From an uncultured Chloroflexia bacterium (GTDB taxonomy: Bacteria > Chloroflexota > Limnocylindria > Limnocylindrales > CSP1-4): DNA of 64,000 bases. The notes beneath the pieces were generated by a model. It was not told the origin of the DNA. It ran no database searches and was given only the letters and a program-made list of their open reading frames with translations. The position numbers were made by a program, and so were the translations under genes. Every line of letters starts with the position of its first letter. Position 1 is the first letter of the stretch. Location of the stretch: the NCBI GenBank assembly GCA_963789905.1, contig CAWBMK010000007.1:780-64779 (forward strand), read 5' to 3'. Shown here one piece after another: positions 59,972 to 64,000 of the stretch.

Positions 59972-60814
59972 TCAGTCGGCGAGTATCGAGCGGGGGACTC
60001 GGCCGGCCGCTCGTAGCGCCACCTCGACGAACGGTCGCAGCCGCTGCGCCAGCTCGGTCGCAGTGCTACGAAAAGCTGTGAGCTTCTCGGCGTCCCTACC
60101 CTCCACCTCGGCCGGGTCGTCAAGACCCCAGTGGAGGGAGTTGTAGTCCCCTGGAAAGACCGGGCAAACCTGTCGGGCGCGATCGCAAACGGTGATGACG
60201 TAGTCCCACTCCTGATCGGTGAACTCGTCGACCGACTTGCTCCGGGCATCGGACCAGTCGATGCCGCGCTCGCCCAGCGCTCGGATCGTGTACGGGTTCA
60301 CGGCCTTGGGATGGCTACCGGCAGATGCGACCTCGAAGGCCCCACCGCCGAACTGCCTCAGCAGGGCCTCGGCGATCTGGCTACGTGCAGAGTTGCCGGT
60401 GCAGACGAAGAGCACCCGGATCGGTGCGTCGGACATGGCATGGTTCTCCTTGATCGCCCGGAAGCGACCTGCGGCGTCGATCGTCGTTTCGAGATCGACG
60501 AGCTCGCTCTCGAGCCGATCGAGATCGGCTCGCTGACGATCGATGGCAGCCCGCTGTTGGGCGATGAGGGGCGCCAGATCGGCATCGATCTCGCGCCGGT
60601 CGATACACAGGCGCGCCAGCCGCCCGGCGTCCTGCGGACCGAGGCCAAGCCGTCGCAGGCTGAGCACGATCCGCAGTGTTGCCAGATCGCCGTCGTCGTA
60701 GTCGCGGTAGCCGTTCTCTCGTCTCGCAGGCGGCGGCAGGATGCCGACCGATTCATACCAGCGGACGGCCGACGCTGCGACGCCAGCTCTCGCAGCCACC
60801 TCGGAAACCTTCAT
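59972..60814 (-). CDS. MerR-family HTH fused in frame to ArsC/LMW-PTP domain
   Basis: MKVSEVAARAGVAASAVRWYESVGILPPPARRENGYRDY, coiled coil, then VLFVCTGNSARSQIAEA, VITVCD..CPVFPG, WGLDDP. Confidence 0.88.
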   Translation of the reverse strand: MKVSEVAARAGVAASAVRWYESVGILPPPARRENGYRDYDDGDLATLRIVLSLRRLGLGPQDAGRLARLCIDRREIDADLAPLIAQQRAAIDRQRADLDRLESELVDLETTIDAAGRFRAIKENHAMSDAPIRVLFVCTGNSARSQIAEALLRQFGGGAFEVASAGSHPKAVNPYTIRALGERGIDWSDARSKSVDEFTDQEWDYVITVCDRARQVCPVFPGDYNSLHWGLDDPAEVEGRDAEKLTAFRSTATELAQRLRPFVEVALRAAGRVPRSILAD

Positions 60815-60820
60815 AGAGCG

Positions 60821-60851
60821 AAGGTACATCTTCAAGTGACTTGAAGGTCAA
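60821..60851 (-). promoter_or_regulatory. MerR-type promoter TTGACC-N19-TACCTT with dyad CTTCAAGT-N-ACTTGAAG (60830-60846)
   Basis: 19-bp spacer, perfect 8-bp inverted repeat, ATG 6 nt after the -10 element. Confidence 0.85.
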
Positions 60852-60929
60852 GAGGCTTGTGACGCACGGACCCCAACCGCGGGTATCCCGGCCCTGTGCT
60901 ATCGGGTGGCGGCGAACGATGCTGCACGC

Positions 60930-61436
60930 ATGAAGAAGCGTGTACTTGTCGCCTATGCGACCAAACATGGTGCGACCCGGGAGATAGCGGACCGGATCGC
61001 CGAAGAATTGCGCGAATCTGGGCTCGTCGTGTCGATCGCAGAGGTGCGAGAGGCTCCGAGTCTCGAGCAGTATGACGCCGTCGTTCTGGGCAGCGCCCTC
61101 TACGCCGGTCGCTGGCGAGGCGAGGCCGTTCACTTCGTGAAGCGCCATCGGGCGCAGCTGGCGACGCGTCCGTTGTGGCTGTTCAGCAGTGGGCCTCTCG
61201 GCGAGCGGGAGGATCCCTCGGACATCGAGATGACGCAGCCAGTCGCCAAGGTGACGGCCGGGCTAAATCCCGTCGATCACGAGACGTTCGGCGGTGCGCT
61301 CCAGACGGGCACGCCGGGGTTCGTCGAGGGGTTGATGCTTCGCCGCATGGAAGGCGATTTCCGGGATTGGGACCACGTCCGCGACTGGGCTCGCGCGATC
61401 GCCGCGGATCTCGCCACGGAGGTCCCTGTCGGCTGA
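60930..61436 (+). CDS. Flavodoxin-domain protein (HemG-like)
   Basis: LVAYATKHGATREIA, VVLGSALY, WLFSSGP, GDFRDWD. Confidence 0.85.
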   Translation: MKKRVLVAYATKHGATREIADRIAEELRESGLVVSIAEVREAPSLEQYDAVVLGSALYAGRWRGEAVHFVKRHRAQLATRPLWLFSSGPLGEREDPSDIEMTQPVAKVTAGLNPVDHETFGGALQTGTPGFVEGLMLRRMEGDFRDWDHVRDWARAIAADLATEVPVG

Positions 61437-61471
61437 CGCAGCGACGGGCCGGTCGGGCGTAGCATCAGTTC

Positions 61472-61966
61472 GTGACCCGGTTGGCGGATGGACTCGACGT
61501 CGACGGACCGGTCCAGGCCGAGGTGTTCGTCGTCTGGCTCGCGGGCGACCATCTCGAGCTGACGGGTCCGTGTGGCCCGGCGCCCTGGATCATCGAGATC
61601 CGCGAGGCGGAACACCCGGTGGAGGTCGTCGAGCGGATCGTTCGGGATGTCATCGGCGACCCACTGCTCATCCATTCCACATCGTGGCGCCGTGATCGCG
61701 ACGCGGTCATCCTGAGCTTCGTCGTGGTCATCGACCCCGCCCGTGTCGGCGACATGAAGTCCGCTCCGATCGGACGAGCGGAGTTGGCTCGGGGCGAGGC
61801 GACCGCGGCGCCCCACTCGATCGCCCAGGCGCAGGTGGTCGAGCATGGCCTTCGTCATATGGCCTGGCTCGTGCGAGACGACCCCGTCGTCCGAGCCGAG
61901 CTGCCGGTGGGTTGGTGGTCGGCACTCGAGGCCTACGTGGCCGAGCCGTTCCGCAACCTGGGATAG
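61472..61966 (+). CDS. Hypothetical protein, possibly degenerate NUDIX-like fold
   Basis: GC3-consistent ORF; no canonical NUDIX box. Confidence 0.6.
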   Translation: MTRLADGLDVDGPVQAEVFVVWLAGDHLELTGPCGPAPWIIEIREAEHPVEVVERIVRDVIGDPLLIHSTSWRRDRDAVILSFVVVIDPARVGDMKSAPIGRAELARGEATAAPHSIAQAQVVEHGLRHMAWLVRDDPVVRAELPVGWWSALEAYVAEPFRNLG

Positions 61967-61980
61967 CAATGGAGGACAAG

Positions 61981-62170
61981 ATGGGCGTCGATCTGGTCAC
62001 CGTCCGGTGTGTCTGCGGCTGGCAGACTCAGGGAACCGAGGACGAGGTTGTTCCGGCGACACAGGAACACGGCCGCCGCGTCCACAACATGGAGGCGACG
62101 CGGGAGGAGGTCCTCGCGATGGCCGTCCAGGCGAGGTCGCGATCGAGCCCTGACCTCGGACCGGACTCGG
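61981..62170 (+). CDS. DUF1059-like small metal-binding protein; stop uncertain (ORF runs into neighbour)
   Basis: GGAGG RBS; RCVCGW..TEDEVV..QEHGRRVHNM..TREEVLAM. Confidence 0.65.
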
Positions 62171-62171
62171 G

Positions 62172-64000
62172 TCAGGGTTCGGAAGGCGCAGCCTCCGAGA
62201 TCGGCGGTGGCAGTCCGCTGGGGACGGTCCCGTTGGCCGGCGCGAGGGTCGGCACGATACGGAGCGCGCCTTCGGGATCCGATGCGAAGGCAGCCAGGAC
62301 CGTACGCCACGTCGTCGCCACGACGCCAAGTAGCGGCACGACGATGAGCATGCCGGTGATCCCGGCCACAGCCGCGCCCGCCGGGATCGAGAGGAGGACG
62401 ATCGCCGGGTGGAGGTTGACGGCCTTGCCGTAGACCAGCGGGGCCACGAAGTTGCCCTGGACGATGTTGAAGACCAGGGTGAAGATCACCATCACCGCGA
62501 TCTGAGTCGGCGAGCCGACGGCGATGGTCACGAGCAACGCGATGCCCGTCGTGATCAGGCTCCCGATGTAGGGGACGAAGCCGCCGAAGAATGACAGCAC
62601 CGCGAGAGGCAGGGCGAGCGGGATGCCGAGCACGAACATGATGAGCAGCTGCGTCGCTGCCCCGAACGCCGAGATGGCGGCCGTCCCGATCATGTAGCCG
62701 CTCAGGACACCGCTCGCCTGTGTGCCGGCGACATCGATATCCGCCCGAGGTCCCTTCGGCAGCCGACTGAGTGCCCAGCTCCAGATCTGCCCACCATCGC
62801 GCAGGAAGAAGAAACAGAGCAGTGCCGTGAGCACCATCCCGATGAGCAAGCTCATGACGCCTGCGAGTGCAGCCGTGGCGGCACCGGTTATCGCCCCGCT
62901 GAACGAGCCGGCAACTCCCCCCAGCCAGTCGAGGCTCGTGCCCCCGACGATCGAGCTCGCGCCACCTATTGCCGCGGCGGCGATCTCGCTCGACTGGCGG
63001 ATCAGGGACTCGATCGACAGCCACATGATGAGGGCCACCCCACCGAACGTCGCCCCGGTCGTGAGCCCGGCCGCGATGGTTCGGCTCTGACCGCGGCGCA
63101 GGAGCGCCGAAACGGCCGGCGCGAGGGTGGCCGCGACGAACGTTCCGAAGAGGGCCGGGATGAAGAGGATGGGCACGCTTGAGATCGCAGCGATCGCCAG
63201 GCCGGCGATGGCGAACGCGACGAGCAGGCGCCAGCTCCATTGGGCAACGCGATCGAGCCAGCCCGGCACGAGCGTGTCCCGCTGCTCGGCCGGTCCCGGA
63301 TCGAGTGCGGATATGACAGCTCCGTTCACGGCCACGAACATCGCCACGATCGGGATGACGATGAACACGCCGGCAAGCCCGCAAGGGAGGCGCCGATGGG
63401 CAGGGCAACAAGAACCAGGGCCGGGTGGATGCTGGCGTTCCGGCCGGCCGTCATCGGGCTGAGGAACCTCGCTTGGACCACCTTGACGGCAACGATGAGC
63501 CCGACGAGGGCAACGACCGCAGTCACCCCGCTCGCGGCCCAGGTCGCGATCACGAGGACACCCGCCGCGATGATCGGCCCGAAGTACGGGATGAACCCGA
63601 GCATGAACACGAGGACGGCGAGCGGCCCGGCGAGAGGTACGCCGAGGAGGACGAGGAAGACCAGGTCCGACAGGGAGTCGATGCTCGCGACGATCGCGGC
63701 GCCCCTGAAGTAACGACCGACCCGGCCAAGTGCATCCCTGCCCGCCGCGGTGAGCTCGCCGCGCTTTTCGGCCGGCGCGACTCCGATCGCCCAGGCCCAG
63801 GCCTTGTCGCCGTCGAGAAGGAGGAAGAACGTCGTGAACAGCGACAGGATCGCGATCGAGAACGCGTTGGCGATCGAGCCGACGATCGCCCCGCCCGTCG
63901 CTGATATCGACGACTTGATTTGGGCAGTTGTCTGCGCGAGGGCATCCGATGACGCGGGCGGCACTCCGGCCCTGGCCAGTTCCTCGCGCACCTTGTCGAG
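62172..64000 (-). CDS. AI-2E family transporter with two tandem domains, frameshift ~63375, 5' end outside window
   Basis: Two PerM-like units (FIPYFGP..SIHPALVL and FVPYIGS..NLHPAIVL). Confidence 0.8.
   Translation of the reverse strand, partial: RQGARGTGQGRSAARVIGCPRADNCPNQVVDISDGRGDRRLDRQRVLDRDPVAVHDVLPPSRRRQGLGLGDRSRAGRKARRAHRGGQGCTWPGRSLLQGRRDRREHRLPVGPGLPRPPRRTSRRAARRPRVHARVHPVLRADHRGGCPRDRDLGRERGDCGRCPRRAHRCRQGGPSEVPQPDDGRPERQHPPGPGSCCPAHRRLPCGLAGVFIVIPIVAMFVAVNGAVISALDPGPAEQRDTLVPGWLDRVAQWSWRLLVAFAIAGLAIAAISSVPILFIPALFGTFVAATLAPAVSALLRRGQSRTIAAGLTTGATFGGVALIMWLSIESLIRQSSEIAAAAIGGASSIVGGTSLDWLGGVAGSFSGAITGAATAALAGVMSLLIGMVLTALLCFFFLRDGGQIWSWALSRLPKGPRADIDVAGTQASGVLSGYMIGTAAISAFGAATQLLIMFVLGIPLALPLAVLSFFGGFVPYIGSLITTGIALLVTIAVGSPTQIAVMVIFTLVFNIVQGNFVAPLVYGKAVNLHPAIVLLSIPAGAAVAGITGMLIVVPLLGVVATTWRTVLAAFASDPEGALRIVPTLAPANGTVPSGLPPPISEAAPSEP

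Noticed and set aside
61472-61966. NUDIX hydrolase call
   Set aside because: The GX5EX7REUXEEXGU box is absent; kept as hypothetical

Overview
High-GC bacterial chromosomal window; the gene style suggests Chloroflexota/Actinobacteria-like soil bacteria (inference). No rRNA, tRNA, CRISPR array, transposase or integrase was seen. Layout: (1) 1-6 kb small regulators and enzymes, including a ~2.6-kb cassette bracketed by two copies of a micro-ORF + LuxR-type HTH module. (2) ~6-39.6 kb membrane-protein island with two MalT-like STAND/LuxR regulators, six DUF1269/DUF6325-like genes, two DUF2252 paralogues, MFS, TMEM175, DUF1345, DUF1003, HdeD, AI-2E, LPG-synthase-like, aquaporin and a collapsed sulfatase. 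Two sets of repeated GGA(G/T)GA MalT-box-like operators lie upstream of these genes, and a ~3.1-kb ArsR/SRPBCC cassette flanked by 52-bp direct repeats is embedded in the island. (3) 40-55.7 kb C/N metabolism: ppc, a GAF two-component system, gltB, amt without glnK, and a BKACE/aminotransferase/PfkB/ThrC-like cluster. (4) 55.8-59.9 kb tandem TadE+TadG/vWA modules. (5) A MerR-ArsC fusion behind a classic 19-bp-spacer MerR promoter, followed by small genes and a double AI-2E transporter. About 14 genes carry single-base frameshifts, most likely long-read consensus errors, so pseudogene calls are tentative. Best novelty candidates are the MalT-box/DUF1269 regulon and the self-driven MerR-ArsC fusion.
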